A DNA stretch of 64,000 nt from Gemmatimonadales bacterium (GTDB taxonomy: Bacteria > Gemmatimonadota > Gemmatimonadetes > Gemmatimonadales > GWC2-71-9). The stretch covers positions 41,002 through 105,001 of the forward strand of contig DASWIX010000078.1 of NCBI GenBank assembly GCA_036397455.1, given 5' to 3'. Made by a program: the position numbers and the translations under genes. The notes beneath the pieces were generated by a model that made no database searches, had not been told where the DNA came from, and saw only the letters and a list, made by a program, of their open reading frames with translations. Each line of letters begins with the position of its first letter. Position 1 is the first letter of the stretch. This document shows, piece by piece, positions 35,242 to 46,704 of this stretch.

Positions 35242-37782
35242 TTGGCCGATCCCATCGAACGCCTGAAGGTCGCCCTCGCCGATCGGTACACGATCGAGCG
35301 GGAATTGGGACAAGGCGGGATGGCGACCGTGTATCTCGCCAAGGACATCAAGCACGAACGCGAGGTCGCGATCAAGGTCATCAGTCCCGAAATGGCTGAA
35401 TCGATGGGGAAAGAGCGTTTCCTCCGCGAAATCCGGATCACTGCCCAACTGAACCACCCGCACATCCTCGCCTTGTACGACTCCGGCGAGGCGGACGGCG
35501 TGCTGTACTACGTCATGCCGTATGTCCGGGGCGAGTCGTTGCGCCAACGGCTCGAGCGCGACATGCAGCTCCCGCTCGAAGAAGCGGTGCTGATTACCCG
35601 CGAAGCCGCGGATGCGTTGAGCTACGCGCACATGTACGGCCTGATCCACCGCGACATCAAACCCGAGAACATCATGCTGGCCGGGGGCCACGCGATCGTG
35701 GCTGATTTCGGCATCGCGCGCGCGGTCGGTGCCGCCGGATCGGAGAAGCTCACGCAGTCCGGCATGGCGGTCGGGACGCCGGCGTACATGAGTCCCGAAC
35801 AGGCGATGGGCGACCCCAATGTCGATGCCCGCAGCGACATCTACAGTCTCGGCTGTGTGCTCTACGAGATGATCGCGGGCGACATTCCGTTCACGGGCCC
35901 CACGCCACAAGCCATCATCGCGCGGCACTCGATGGACATGGTGACACCGCCGCACATCATGCGCCAGTCGGTTCCGGAGGATCTCGAGGACATCATCCTG
36001 CACGCCATGGAGAAAACGCCCGCCGATCGCTACCAGACAGCGCAGCAGATGGTCGAAGACCTCCAGGCGGTGGCGTCGGGGCAGCCTCGCCAGGGCAGCA
36101 ACCCCCGCATCACGCGCCGAACGATGGCACCGCAGCACGTCACGATTCCACCGGCAGCCCCGGCGCGTTCGTGGTTACTGCCCGCCGGCGTGACCGCGGC
36201 CGTGCTCGCGCTCGCGTTCGTCGGCTGGCGGTTGATGGCGGGCGGCGGAGCGGGCGTGGGCTCAGGCGTCGCGGCGGGGGCGTACGACCCGAGCCGGATC
36301 GCCGTGCTCTATTTCGATGACGCCAGTCCCGCCGGCGACCTGGCCGATGTCGCCGACGGACTCACCGAGGGCATCATCGACAATTTGTCCGCCATCTCGA
36401 GCCTCGACGTCGTGTCCCGCAGCGGTGTCGGGCCGTTCCGCGATCCGAGCATTCCGCGCGACCGCATTGCGCGCGCGCTCGAAGCCGGGACGCTGGTCAT
36501 GGGGAGCGTGTCGTTGGAGGGCAGGGACCGCCTGCACGTGAGTGCGCGCTTGATCGACGGTGAGAGCGGTGCCGACGTCGGGCGGGCGGGATTCTCGCTG
36601 CCGCGCGACGACTTCGAAGCGGTGCGCGATTCGATCACGCAGGAGATCGCGCGGGCGCTGCGGGAACGGCTCGGCGAAGAGGTCCGGTTGCGGCCCCGTC
36701 GTGAGGCCGGGGCGACGGTGGCGGCATGGACCAGCCTGCTGCGCGGCGAGAAGCGCCGGAAGGACGCGGAGGATCGGCTCGCCGCGCACGACGGCGCTGC
36801 GGCCCTGGCGGCGTTTCTTCAGGCCGATTCGGTCCTGGCGACGGCGGAAACGGGCGCGCCGGATTGGGCGCGGCCGAGTGTGATGCGCGGCCAGATCGCG
36901 TACCGCCTTGCGCGGCTCCTCGCCGGCGAACCCGAAGAGGCCGCCGAGCAAATCGAGGTTGCCCTGGGCCACGCCGCCCGGGCGTTGGACCGCGCACCCA
37001 ATGACGCGCCAGCGCTCGAGTTGCGCGGCACCGTGCAGTACCTGAAATGGCTGCTGGATCTCGTTGCCACCGAGCGCGAGGCTGCCGCGTTGCTGCAGGC
37101 CGCGCAGGCCGATCTCGAAGCCGCAATCGATCGCGACCCCTCGCTGGCCAGCGCCCACTCCACGCTCAGTCATCTGTACTACCAGACCGACAACATCACA
37201 TCGGCCGTCATTTCGGCTCGTGAGGCGTACCGACAGGACGCCTACCTCAACGTCGCCAACGAAGTGTTGTGGCGGTTGTTCCTGGGGTCGTATGACCTCG
37301 CGCAATTCAGCCAGGCCGGGACCTCATGCGACGAAGGCGCGCGGCGGTTCCCTGACGACTACCGGTTTACCGAATGCCGGCTCCTGATGATGACGACATC
37401 GCCCCAAGCGGCGGAGCCCGCGCGGGCGTGGACGCTGTACGAGCAACTGGTGGCATTGACACCGGAAGCCCGCGCCGCCTACGAGTCGAGCCGCGGCGCC
37501 ATCATCGTCGGGGGCGTGCTGGCTCGGGCCGGCCTCAAAGACAGCGCGCTGGCGGTGCTCACCCGCGCCCGCCCGAGCGCCGCGGTCGATCCGACCCAGG
37601 AATTGTCGGGGGTCGAGGCGTACATGCGCACGCTCGCCGGCGATGACGACGGGGCGATCGACGTGCTCAAACGGTACGCGGCGGGACACCACGCGTTCGA
37701 GGTGGGCGGCGACCTGCACTGGTGGTGGCGCGACCTGCGGAACCATCCCCGGTTCCGCGAGCTGCAAATCGGGGGCAGATAA
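35242..37782 (+). CDS. Ser/Thr protein kinase with TM segment and C-terminal TPR-like region
   Basis: Hanks kinase motifs (GQGGMATVYLA, VAIKV, HRDIKPEN, DFGIA, GTPAYMSPEQ). I chose the TTG start at 35242 (LADPIERLKVALADRY) because GGAG lies 9 nt upstream. The listed upstream 86 aa are Cys/Pro-rich read-through. Confidence 0.85.
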   Translation: MADPIERLKVALADRYTIERELGQGGMATVYLAKDIKHEREVAIKVISPEMAESMGKERFLREIRITAQLNHPHILALYDSGEADGVLYYVMPYVRGESLRQRLERDMQLPLEEAVLITREAADALSYAHMYGLIHRDIKPENIMLAGGHAIVADFGIARAVGAAGSEKLTQSGMAVGTPAYMSPEQAMGDPNVDARSDIYSLGCVLYEMIAGDIPFTGPTPQAIIARHSMDMVTPPHIMRQSVPEDLEDIILHAMEKTPADRYQTAQQMVEDLQAVASGQPRQGSNPRITRRTMAPQHVTIPPAAPARSWLLPAGVTAAVLALAFVGWRLMAGGGAGVGSGVAAGAYDPSRIAVLYFDDASPAGDLADVADGLTEGIIDNLSAISSLDVVSRSGVGPFRDPSIPRDRIARALEAGTLVMGSVSLEGRDRLHVSARLIDGESGADVGRAGFSLPRDDFEAVRDSITQEIARALRERLGEEVRLRPRREAGATVAAWTSLLRGEKRRKDAEDRLAAHDGAAALAAFLQADSVLATAETGAPDWARPSVMRGQIAYRLARLLAGEPEEAAEQIEVALGHAARALDRAPNDAPALELRGTVQYLKWLLDLVATEREAAALLQAAQADLEAAIDRDPSLASAHSTLSHLYYQTDNITSAVISAREAYRQDAYLNVANEVLWRLFLGSYDLAQFSQAGTSCDEGARRFPDDYRFTECRLLMMTTSPQAAEPARAWTLYEQLVALTPEARAAYESSRGAIIVGGVLARAGLKDSALAVLTRARPSAAVDPTQELSGVEAYMRTLAGDDDGAIDVLKRYAAGHHAFEVGGDLHWWWRDLRNHPRFRELQIGGR

Positions 37783-37979
37783 CCCGGGATTCCCCTCCGT
37801 TGGCGCACTGACACGCCATGTAGACACCCCGCAACACTTGCCCTCCCGGCGGCCCCTGTGCACGTTCCCAACCCGCACGCGCTCAGGCGGTTAGCGACGG
37901 TGTCCCGACAAGCTCGGTCGGCGTGAATCTTGCTCCCCAGAGCGCTCGGATCCCCAACGACCCTTCATGAGGTGCAAAG

Positions 37980-39392
37980 ATGACCCGTTCCAGACTGTTG
38001 CCGTTTGCGCTTGGCGCGTTGGTGGTGGCATGTCAGGGCGACCGCACGACCGCGCCAGGTGGCCAGGCGCCTTCGATGGCCATCGTCGACGGGACGGTCG
38101 ACGGAGGCAACCCGGATTTCTTCTTCCTGCCGCCGATGGTGCCGAATCCCAATGACGACCCCGATTTCGGCGACGGCGAGTTCAATCCGGACCTCGCGCC
38201 GGTCGTGGACATTTGTGCACTGACCACCGATCCGACTCCCGTGTGCGTTGCCGGTAGCCCGGTAGCCCATTTTGCGGGCAGCGACCTGACCGTCTCGTCC
38301 GGCAACCAGAAGTACCACCTCTCGTGGCATACCGACGAATACGCCCTCGACGTGGGCGTCAACTACCGGGTCAAGGTGAGTATCGTCGGTATCGTGCTTG
38401 GGTATGCCGACATCGACGTGGTCCAAAACGGTGGTCAAGCCAAGCACGTCGCCCCGGGATTCGTCCCCTTGGTCAACGGCCGTTCGCTGCCGATCGATTT
38501 CCGGATCGAGCGCGGCGCGTTCTGCGACGTGGACGCCGATTGCGGCGAGGCAACCGTGACGAACGACGGCGCGACGGTCGTCACCGGCAGCGGTGAGGGA
38601 GGGGCGGAATTTCCACCCGACTGGCTGCCTGACGGAACTGATCAGGTCTTGGTCATCATCGAGCGGGTCACGCTGGAGAAGGGGTTCCCGTGCCTGCCCA
38701 TCCCCTTGATCCAGTTCACAGGGTGTTTCCGCTACCGTACCATCCCGGAGATCGCGGAGTTCACGCTGCCGGTGGTGGTGGGGGTGTGCCTGGATGCGCC
38801 CGAATCGCATCCCTGGGCCCACTTGGTGCAACTGTTCAAGTGGGATGAGGTCAACTTCCGCAACGTGATCCCGCTCGAGAACGTGGTGGCGCCGTTCGTG
38901 AATTGCATCGATGGCGGCCTGGCATTCGGACCAGGCCCGTCGCCCTGGATGCAGTTCGTCCGTGGCGGGATCCGCCGCATCGCGGATTTCGTGCAGCCGC
39001 CGCTGTACGCGGCCCCGATGGTCGTCCACAAGGGGTTGGGCGGGCTCGTGGGTTCGTTCAGCCGCGTGGGCTGGGCGGTCCCGGCGGTCATCGAGGAAGT
39101 CGCGGGCAACGGACAGAGTGGCGCGGTCGGCTCGACGCTGCCGGTGGATCCCACTGTGCGGCTGATCTCCACCCATCCGGAAGATGCGCCGCTGGCGGGT
39201 GCTCGGGTGTTCTTCCACTTCTTCGCCGCGGATGGAGTAACCCGAATCCACACCGAGCGGGTCGAGACCGACGCGAACGGCCTGGCCTCGGTCTCATGGG
39301 TGCTCGATCACGCCGGCACCAACCGGATCGAGGCGTGGGCGCAGACGTTCGATTCGCCGATCGTTTTCACGGCAACCGGCACGACCCCGTAG
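37980..39392 (+). CDS. Secreted lipoprotein of unknown function
   Basis: Signal plus lipobox (LGALVVAC), with GAGG upstream of the ATG. The composition is beta-rich, with Ig-like repeats at the C-terminus (ANGLASVSWVL). Confidence 0.7.
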   Translation: MTRSRLLPFALGALVVACQGDRTTAPGGQAPSMAIVDGTVDGGNPDFFFLPPMVPNPNDDPDFGDGEFNPDLAPVVDICALTTDPTPVCVAGSPVAHFAGSDLTVSSGNQKYHLSWHTDEYALDVGVNYRVKVSIVGIVLGYADIDVVQNGGQAKHVAPGFVPLVNGRSLPIDFRIERGAFCDVDADCGEATVTNDGATVVTGSGEGGAEFPPDWLPDGTDQVLVIIERVTLEKGFPCLPIPLIQFTGCFRYRTIPEIAEFTLPVVVGVCLDAPESHPWAHLVQLFKWDEVNFRNVIPLENVVAPFVNCIDGGLAFGPGPSPWMQFVRGGIRRIADFVQPPLYAAPMVVHKGLGGLVGSFSRVGWAVPAVIEEVAGNGQSGAVGSTLPVDPTVRLISTHPEDAPLAGARVFFHFFAADGVTRIHTERVETDANGLASVSWVLDHAGTNRIEAWAQTFDSPIVFTATGTTP

Positions 39393-39450
39393 GGTTCCTA
39401 CCAACGGTTCGGCCGGAGAGGGGGGGGGGCACGGCGGTGGCGGCGCGCGG

Positions 39451-39482
39451 CTGTGGGGGCGCACGGCCGTGCGCCCCCACAG
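39451..39482. repeat. Perfect 32-bp palindrome CTGTGGGGGCGCACGG|CCGTGCGCCCCCACAG (REP-like, possible terminator hairpin)
   Basis: Read directly from the sequence. It lies 59 nt after the lipoprotein stop. A run of 10 G (39420-39429) precedes it and a T-rich stretch (CCCTTTCTTGTG) follows. It contains GGGCGCACGGCC on both strands. Confidence 0.8.
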
Positions 39483-39566
39483 CTGTGTGCCCCCACCCTT
39501 TCTTGTGATTGCCTCACCCCTCCCCTCCCAATATCCTTAGGCGAACTTCCAAGGAGTTGTTGACGG

Positions 39567-39815
39567 ATGACTGCACCCATTTCGATCGAGCGGTTTGTCA
39601 AAGAAATGGAAAAGCTCAAAGCCGACATGAATACCGGCATGCTCAAACACGGCGAGTACGATCAGCGCCTCGCTCGCATCATCACCGAACTGCGGGAGCG
39701 GAAACTCGATGCCGCGCGGGACCAGATCAACACCACGCTGGCCGATCTGCTCAAACGCGCCATCATCACACCCGCCGTGCGAGATCACCTCGAGGCGCGA
39801 CTCGGCCTGAAGTGA
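39567..39815 (+). CDS. Small helical hypothetical protein (82 aa)
   Basis: The ATG is preceded by AAGGAG. The composition is charged and helical (ERFVKEMEKLKADMNTG...), and GC is locally lower. Confidence 0.6.
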   Translation: MTAPISIERFVKEMEKLKADMNTGMLKHGEYDQRLARIITELRERKLDAARDQINTTLADLLKRAIITPAVRDHLEARLGLK

Positions 39816-40291
39816 TCGACCAATCCCGCGCGACGCGCCTGGTGCCGAGGGGCGCACTGGCACCTTCGCCCCTCGCATCCGTTCGAGGGGCACTGACACA
39901 ATCCGCAGGAATGTGCCTGGCCATGCTGGCGTTCGCAGCCGGGGCACCCGCCGCCCACGCCCAGACCCTCGAACCGGGCGCGTGGTCCGGTGTGTTCACG
40001 CTCCCGAGTGGGGAGAACGTCCCGGTCACGTTTGACGTGGCGGTCACGGCCGATTCGATCAGCATCACGCTGCACGAAACGCAAATGGGCGCCTATCCAT
40101 TCCGGGACATTCGACTCGACGGCGATCGGCTGAGGTTTCGCTGGACCCCGGGATCCGAGGTCGCGTGTGACCTGACACGAGCGGCCGACGGCCACTTCGA
40201 AGGCCCGTGCACCGACGGCGAGGAAACGGGGAAGATGACCATGCTTCCACCCGAAGGCGCGGGTGGATCCGTGCACGACACGCGCCACTGA
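39812..40291 (+). CDS. Small secreted protein, unknown function
   Basis: The hydrophobic signal is [17 protein letters not shown] followed by a beta-rich domain. The start is either GTG 39812, which overlaps the previous stop as GTGA, or ATG 39911. Confidence 0.5.
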   Translation: MIDQSRATRLVPRGALAPSPLASVRGALTQSAGMCLAMLAFAAGAPAAHAQTLEPGAWSGVFTLPSGENVPVTFDVAVTADSISITLHETQMGAYPFRDIRLDGDRLRFRWTPGSEVACDLTRAADGHFEGPCTDGEETGKMTMLPPEGAGGSVHDTRH

Positions 40292-40299
40292 GGATCCCC

Positions 40300-42246
40300 A
40301 TGGGTAGCCGACCCTTCATCCACCTCGTCGCACTCCAGTCGTTCACGGTGTCGCTCATGCCCGCTCAGTCGATTCCGCCAACACCCAACGAACGAGACAT
40401 CCCGCAACCGGTTCCGATCGAGCTATCGCTCGCCGGCGACGCCGCGCCGGACATTTCCCGGTTTCTGAACGTGCGGTCCGCCTTTGCCCCGTCGCTTTCC
40501 CCGGACGGGACGCGACTCGCGTTTCGGACCGCCATCACCGGCACCCCGCAACTGTGGGTGACCGACGCCGCGGGCGGGTGGCCGCGACAACTCACCTTCG
40601 GTGAATCGGTCACGTTCCACGAATGGTCCCCGGCAGGCGACTGGATCATCTACGGCACCGACCGCGGCGGGAATGAACGGGAAGGGTTCTATCTGATCAC
40701 CCCGGACGGGACTGTCGAACGCGAACTCCTGGCACCGGCCGAGGCGTTTCGCGTGTTCGGCGGGTTCACGGCCGACGGGGGCCGAATCGCCTACGCCACG
40801 ACCGAGCGCAACGGCGAGGATTTCGACATACACCTGCTCGACGTCCGTACCGGGGAGGATCGCGACGTCTTCCAGGGACGGGCGGGACTGTACGCGGTCT
40901 CCTGGCGACCGGACGGCGGCGCGGTGCTCCTGTCGCAGACGCGCGGAGAGGACGCCAACGACGTGTTCCTGTTCGAAGTAGCGTCCGGCCGGCTGGACAC
41001 GCTGTTTCAACCGGCGGATCGATCGAGCTACGGCGCATTCGCCTGGCTACCGGACGGGACCGCCTTCTACATGGCGAGCGATCAGGACCGCGATCACGCC
41101 GGCCTCGCCCGCTACGACATCGCCGCCGGCGCGTTCACGTACGTCGAGACCCCCGCTGGCGACGTCGAGCAGGTGGCGCTCTCACACGACGGGGCGCTCC
41201 TGGCATGGACCACCAACGACGGCGGCTACTCGTCGCTCCACGTGCGCGACCGCGCGACCGGGGCCGCGCTGGCGCCGCCCGACCTGCCGCGCGGCGTCTA
41301 CGGCATCGAGTGGGCGAAGCGATCGCGGGTAGCCGCCGTCTCGGTCGGTGGCCCGCAAATTCCCGGCGACATCTGGACCTGGAACGTCGCCACCAGCGCC
41401 TTGCGGCGCGCCACCGAATCGGCCGCGGCCGGGCTCGACCTGTCCGGCATGGTGATCCCGACCCACCACGACTTCCCCGCGCGTGACGGCGAGACCCTGC
41501 ACGGGCTGCTGTATCTCCCGCCCCACCTCGCGCCCGGCGTCAAGCCGCCGGTGTTGCTCTCCGTCCACGGCGGACCGACCGCGCAGGCGCGGCCAGGGTT
41601 CAGCGCGCCCCATCAGTACCTCCTCACGCGCGGCATCGCGGTCTTCGACCTCAACTATCGCGGCTCCACCGGCTACGGAAAACGGTTCGCCCGGCTGAAC
41701 GACCGGCGCCTGCGTGAGGGCGAGTATCTCGACATGGCGGATGCCCTCGACTGGCTGAGCCGTCAGGGATTGGTCGACGCCCGACGCGCCGCGGTCATGG
41801 GCGGGTCGTACGGGGGGTACCTCACGATGGCAGCGCTGACCCGCCTGCCGGAGTACTTCAGGAGTGGGGTCGCTTTCGTCGGGGTCTCGAACTGGGTGAC
41901 CGCCCTGGAGGGTGCGTCACCGCAACTCAAGGCGAGCGACCGACTGGAGTACGGTGATATCGACGATCCGGACGAGCGCGCGTTCTTCACGCAGATCTCA
42001 CCCATTACCCACGTGGCCAACGTGCGCGCGCCGGCCATGGTGCTGCACGGGGCGAACGACCCGCGCGATCCCGTGACCGAGTCGGATCAGTTCGTGCGCG
42101 GGATTCGCGAGCGCGGTGGCGAGGTGGAGTACCTGCGCTTTCCGGACGAAGGGCATGGGATCCGGAAGCTGTCGAACCGCATCATCGCGTATCGACGGAT
42201 CGCGGCGTTCCTGGAACGCACCCTGGGCCTGCACGTCACTCCCTGA
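40300..42246 (+). CDS. S9-family serine peptidase (prolyl oligopeptidase / dipeptidyl peptidase type, beta-propeller + alpha/beta hydrolase)
   Basis: The ATG at 40300 gives [10 protein letters not shown].... It has WD40-like SPDG repeats, the nucleophile motif MGGSYGGYL, and the HGANDPRDP / DEGHG catalytic region. Confidence 0.9.
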   Translation: MGSRPFIHLVALQSFTVSLMPAQSIPPTPNERDIPQPVPIELSLAGDAAPDISRFLNVRSAFAPSLSPDGTRLAFRTAITGTPQLWVTDAAGGWPRQLTFGESVTFHEWSPAGDWIIYGTDRGGNEREGFYLITPDGTVERELLAPAEAFRVFGGFTADGGRIAYATTERNGEDFDIHLLDVRTGEDRDVFQGRAGLYAVSWRPDGGAVLLSQTRGEDANDVFLFEVASGRLDTLFQPADRSSYGAFAWLPDGTAFYMASDQDRDHAGLARYDIAAGAFTYVETPAGDVEQVALSHDGALLAWTTNDGGYSSLHVRDRATGAALAPPDLPRGVYGIEWAKRSRVAAVSVGGPQIPGDIWTWNVATSALRRATESAAAGLDLSGMVIPTHHDFPARDGETLHGLLYLPPHLAPGVKPPVLLSVHGGPTAQARPGFSAPHQYLLTRGIAVFDLNYRGSTGYGKRFARLNDRRLREGEYLDMADALDWLSRQGLVDARRAAVMGGSYGGYLTMAALTRLPEYFRSGVAFVGVSNWVTALEGASPQLKASDRLEYGDIDDPDERAFFTQISPITHVANVRAPAMVLHGANDPRDPVTESDQFVRGIRERGGEVEYLRFPDEGHGIRKLSNRIIAYRRIAAFLERTLGLHVTP

Positions 42247-44299
42247 CGCGCCCAGCCGCCCACCGCAGCGCGAACGGCAGCGCCACGAGTGTCATCACGG
42301 CCGCGGTAAGCGTTCCGAGGATGACCGCCACCCCAAACCGCTGCGTGGGTGGAAACGCCGACAGGCTGAACAGGCCAAACCCGGCGCAGATGATCAAAGT
42401 GGCCCCGAGAATGGGACGCCACAGGTCGGCGCGTGCCTGCGCGACCGCATCCCAAACGCTCCCATGATCGCGCACGCGCCGCGCGCGCATCACGAGGTGG
42501 ATCATGGAATCCACCCCCATCGCCAGGGCGACGTTGGCGGCGGGCGACGTGATGATATCGACCGGAACCCCGGCCCAACCGATCGTACCGAGTACGACGA
42601 TAGGAATCGCGGTGAGGCATGCCACCATCGGCAGCGTCCATGACACGGAACGCGACACGACGAACGCCACCCCGATGAACAGCAGCACCAACCCACCCAG
42701 TCCGAACCGCAGGCTCTTGCCAATCAGACGACCGAGCTGGGCCTGCAGTTCGTAGGCCCCGCCGACCGCGGTCACCTCCAAGCCAGCCCGGAGGGCCATC
42801 GCACGCAGCCGTGCCACCACGGCGGCCCGTGACGTCTCGCGGCCCGCTTCGCGCATGCGCAGGAAGAACAAGCCCTCCTGGCGATCCGCGGTCACGAAGC
42901 TCGCGGCGATGCGATGGAACAGCGGCTGATCGAGGATATCGAGCAACTGGCGCCATCCGAAGAAGCCCGCGAGCGGCTGCTGCCTGGCGTGAGCGAGGAT
43001 GATCACCGGCGACAGCACGACGCCGACCGACCGATCCGCCTCGAGCGCATCCTGGAAGGTCCACATCGCGCGGTGCACCGCATCGGTATCGACCCGCCGG
43101 CCGCCGCTGTCTCGCACCACCATATAGAGGGGGCTGCTCCCGCCGTCCGCATCCACCGCGTCGAGCCCGCGGCGGATCGTGCTGTGGCGGCCGAAATAGG
43201 AGAGCAACGACGGATCGGTACTGAGCCGCAGCACACCCGGAATGAGCGCCACGACCACGACGGCGATCCCGGCGAGCCACCGGGTGCCGTGCCGGACGGG
43301 AAGCCAGCCGGCGTGCTCCCGCGCGTCGCTTCGCGTATCAACGGACCCGGCGTGCAGAAACGCCGGATAGACCGCGTACGCCGTGGCCAGCGCGACGACC
43401 GTGCCGATCGCCCCGGCCAGTCCCAGGTCCCGCAGCGGCCTGGCGGACGCCAACAGCAGGCTCAAGAAACCGGACAACGTCGTGACGGCGCACCAGATGG
43501 ACGCGGGAAAGGTCTCCCGCTTGGCGTGCGCGACGAGATCGGCGCCAGCCGATGGATCGGCGGACAGCCGACGCCAGTTGGACGTGATGAACACGATGTG
43601 CGACAGGGTCAGCACGAAGACGATCGTGACGATGTTGGCGGTCAGCAGCCCAATCCGCATTCCCGCGAGATCCGTGATGGAAACGGTTAACGCACACGCG
43701 GTGAGACACGCGGAGAGCGTGCCGGCGACCAGCCGCCCGCTGCGATACACGACCTGCACCACCACGGCGAACACCAGCAGTGCCGCGAGCGAGAAGATCA
43801 CGAAATCGTGCCGCAGGCTTCGGCGAATCAACTCGACGACGTACGGCACCCCCGAGATCTCGATATCGGTTCGGCCGGCGACCGCCTGTTCGATCCCCGG
43901 GACCAACCTGGCGGGATCCAGGTCTCCGACCTGCGCGATGATGTTGGTCGCGGCGCCGCCGGGAGGCAGCAGCAGCCTACCCCACAACGGGCTCTCCGGA
44001 TCGTCGCGCGCAATGCTGTACACCGCCTCGACGCCGGGGGCGCCGCGGAGGCGGCGCGACACCGTGTCGATCCCCGCCCGGTAAGCCGGCGAACCGATGT
44101 CCGGCCCGGCCACGCGAATCACCAGTTGGTCGGGCGAGGGGAACCGCTCGGTGATCTCGACCGTGGCACGGAGCTGCGGGTCGTTCGCGGAAAAAAAGAA
44201 ATCACTCTCGACCCTGGGCGAGAGGTCGACCCACGCCACGACGGCGCCGACGAGGATCACGGCCAGCGCGGCGAATACCCACTCCTGGTTCCTTCGCAT
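42236..44299 (-). CDS. MMPL / RND-superfamily exporter
   Basis: 687 aa with two blocks of about 5-6 TM helices, each preceded by a periplasmic loop. The SSD-like segment is [19 protein letters not shown]. Confidence 0.8.
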   Translation of the reverse strand: MRRNQEWVFAALAVILVGAVVAWVDLSPRVESDFFFSANDPQLRATVEITERFPSPDQLVIRVAGPDIGSPAYRAGIDTVSRRLRGAPGVEAVYSIARDDPESPLWGRLLLPPGGAATNIIAQVGDLDPARLVPGIEQAVAGRTDIEISGVPYVVELIRRSLRHDFVIFSLAALLVFAVVVQVVYRSGRLVAGTLSACLTACALTVSITDLAGMRIGLLTANIVTIVFVLTLSHIVFITSNWRRLSADPSAGADLVAHAKRETFPASIWCAVTTLSGFLSLLLASARPLRDLGLAGAIGTVVALATAYAVYPAFLHAGSVDTRSDAREHAGWLPVRHGTRWLAGIAVVVVALIPGVLRLSTDPSLLSYFGRHSTIRRGLDAVDADGGSSPLYMVVRDSGGRRVDTDAVHRAMWTFQDALEADRSVGVVLSPVIILAHARQQPLAGFFGWRQLLDILDQPLFHRIAASFVTADRQEGLFFLRMREAGRETSRAAVVARLRAMALRAGLEVTAVGGAYELQAQLGRLIGKSLRFGLGGLVLLFIGVAFVVSRSVSWTLPMVACLTAIPIVVLGTIGWAGVPVDIITSPAANVALAMGVDSMIHLVMRARRVRDHGSVWDAVAQARADLWRPILGATLIICAGFGLFSLSAFPPTQRFGVAVILGTLTAAVMTLVALPFALRWAAGRVRE

Positions 44300-44362
44300 C
44301 GGGCCTTAGATTACCACGCCGAGTCTGGAACGCCAAAAACCGACGGGAAACGGGGGCGCACC

Positions 44363-44821
44363 ATGAACCGGTGGATGGGTATCGCGACGATCACGTGGTC
44401 TGCGCTGGGCGGCTTGGCCGACACCGGCGCGGCCCAGACCAATGAGGTGCGGGCCGCGATGGACGCCACCCTGATAGCGTGGCAGCAGGGAGACTTCACC
44501 GCGCTGGCGGCACAATACCATCCGGCAGCGCGTGGTTTCTTCCTCGACGGCGGGGCGCTCCTTCGAGGATTCAACCAGCCGTTGCTCGACGCCGCCTACG
44601 CGGCCGGCGTGCGGGCGTCGTTTACGCCCCGGGACGTGGATGTGGCGGTGTACGGGGACGTCGCCGTCGCGGTCGCGATGCTGGACGGCACCCTCACCTT
44701 GCCGGACGGATCAACCCAGCAGGGGCCGTGGCGCTACAGCGAGACTCGCGCGCGGCAGAACGGCCGGTGGCTGATCGTCCAATACCACTTTTCGCCCCGC
44801 ACCCCGCCGCCTATCCGCTAG
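44363..44821 (+). CDS. SnoaL-like / DUF4440-type (NTF2-fold) protein with signal peptide
   Basis: The ATG at 44363 gives MNRWMGIATITWSALGG.... The NTF2-like pattern is WQQGDFTALAAQYHP ... RWLIVQYHFS. Confidence 0.65.
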   Translation: MNRWMGIATITWSALGGLADTGAAQTNEVRAAMDATLIAWQQGDFTALAAQYHPAARGFFLDGGALLRGFNQPLLDAAYAAGVRASFTPRDVDVAVYGDVAVAVAMLDGTLTLPDGSTQQGPWRYSETRARQNGRWLIVQYHFSPRTPPPIR

Positions 44822-46670
44822 ATCGCCGCGCGTCCACGCGATAGGCCTCCATGGCGTAGTACTCGGCGAGTCCGAGACGATCGGCCCGTGCCGCGGTCTC
44901 GAGGTTGCGTGCCTCCACGCGCTGCCAGAACTCACGCTCGTCGGAGCCTCCCGGGAACGGTGCCCGGTCCTTCTGGGACTGATGCTTGAAGATGGCGAGG
45001 ATCTTGGATTGCAGTTCGTCGCGGGCGAGGGGAACGAGGACGTCGGCTTCCGTCATCGACCATTCCTGCCACGCACCGCGATAGTACCACACCTCAGGCC
45101 GCATTCCGTCATGGCGGTGGAGCGCCGCTTCGATGGCCTCGAGACACATCCGGTGAGTCCCGTGCGGGTCGGACAGGTCGCCGGCGGCGAACACCAGATC
45201 CGGCTGCACCTCCGCCAGCAGTGCGCCAATGGCGGAGACATCCTCGTCTCCGATTGGCCGCTTGCGCACCTCACCGGTGCGATAGAACGGCAGATTCAGG
45301 AACCGAGCGCTTTCGCGCGGCAGGCCGACCGCTTCGATGGCCGAAACCGCTTCCGACTCCCGGATGAAACGCTTGAGGAGTTGGACCGTTTCGCTATCCA
45401 CCGCCCCGGGGCGCTTGCTCGCCAGCGCCTGCTCGACGGCCTGCCGTGTCGCGGCGATCGTGGCCGCGTCGAGACCGCACGCCTCCGCTGCGCGCTCGAT
45501 GAAGTCGAGATGTCGCCGCACGTCGTGATCGAATACCGCGATATTGCCGCTCGTCATGTAGGCGATCACGATCTCGTTGCGATTGCGGTGCAGCTTGCGC
45601 AGGATCCCGCCCATCGAGATCACGTCATCGTCCGGGTGGGGAGAGAACACCACGACGCGCTGCTCGCTCGGCAGCAACGACCGGCCGCGGATCTTGTCGC
45701 GCAGCCGCGTAAACACCGCACCGTTGATCGGTCCAGGCTGGCCCTGGGTGGCGAGCAACGCGCTCAAGTGGTGTTCCCGGTAGTGGTTCGCCGAGAGTTT
45801 CAAGATGGCGGTTTGGGTCTGCTCGGCGAGCCACACCACCGCACGCTCGGTCATGGCCGCTGTCCACTCGACATCGCCCACCAGCCATGGAGTCGCCACG
45901 CGCGTCAGCGCACCGGCGGCGGCCGTGTCGAGGTAGGCCGTCACCGCGGGATGGCTCTGCAGGTACGTCGCCGGCACGCTGGGCGACACGTCCCCCTCGA
46001 CCGCGCGCCGCACGACGTCGGCCTTGTGCTCCCCGGTCGCGATCAGGGCAATCGCCCGCGCGTCGAGAATCGTGGCCATGCCCATCGTCAGGGCTTCGAG
46101 CGGGACGTTGTCTTCGCCAAAGAAGTCGGCGGCGGCATCCCGCCGCGTGACGGTGTCGAGTGTAACGAGCCGGGTACGCGAAGCCGGGGAGGAGCCCGGC
46201 TCGTTGAATCCGACGTGCCCGCTCCGCCCGATCCCCAACAACTGGAAGTCGATGCCGCCGGCGTCCCGGATGGCCCGCTCGTACTCCTGGCCGTACGGCA
46301 CCAGGCGGTCGCGTGCCATGCTCCCATCCGGCACATGGGTGTTTGCCGCGTCGATATTGACGTGCGCGAAGAAGTTCTCCGTCATGTACCGCCGGTAGCT
46401 GTGGGCGCTCTCGGGGGACATCGGGTAGTACTCGTCGAGGTTGAACGTGACGACGTGGGAGAAGTCAACCGCGCCCGCGTGAAACCGGCGAATCAACTCA
46501 CCGTAGACGCCAAGCGGGGTGCTGCCTGTCGCCAGGCCCAACACGCACCGACCCCGGGCGGCGGTTGCTCGATGAATGACGTCGACGATCCGGTCCGCCA
46601 GCAGTGACGCGAGGGCGTCGTGGCTCTCGACGACCAGGGTGGCCATCCGCTCTCTGGTGTAATCCTGCAT
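44811..46670 (-). CDS. nagB: Glucosamine-6-phosphate deaminase-like domain fused to LmbE/PIG-L-type de-N-acetylase domain
   Basis: The N-terminal NagB pattern is LGLATGSTPLGVY, FNLDEYYP, LLGIGRSGHVGFNEPGS. The C-terminal PIG-L motif is VVFSPHPDDDVISMGG. GGAGGA lies upstream of the ATG at 46670, and Met9 is an alternative start. Confidence 0.8.
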   Translation of the reverse strand: MQDYTRERMATLVVESHDALASLLADRIVDVIHRATAARGRCVLGLATGSTPLGVYGELIRRFHAGAVDFSHVVTFNLDEYYPMSPESAHSYRRYMTENFFAHVNIDAANTHVPDGSMARDRLVPYGQEYERAIRDAGGIDFQLLGIGRSGHVGFNEPGSSPASRTRLVTLDTVTRRDAAADFFGEDNVPLEALTMGMATILDARAIALIATGEHKADVVRRAVEGDVSPSVPATYLQSHPAVTAYLDTAAAGALTRVATPWLVGDVEWTAAMTERAVVWLAEQTQTAILKLSANHYREHHLSALLATQGQPGPINGAVFTRLRDKIRGRSLLPSEQRVVVFSPHPDDDVISMGGILRKLHRNRNEIVIAYMTSGNIAVFDHDVRRHLDFIERAAEACGLDAATIAATRQAVEQALASKRPGAVDSETVQLLKRFIRESEAVSAIEAVGLPRESARFLNLPFYRTGEVRKRPIGDEDVSAIGALLAEVQPDLVFAAGDLSDPHGTHRMCLEAIEAALHRHDGMRPEVWYYRGAWQEWSMTEADVLVPLARDELQSKILAIFKHQSQKDRAPFPGGSDEREFWQRVEARNLETAARADRLGLAEYYAMEAYRVDARRSSG

Positions 46671-46704
46671 ATTCCTCCACAGCGACTCGACCGGGGAATC
46701 TCCT

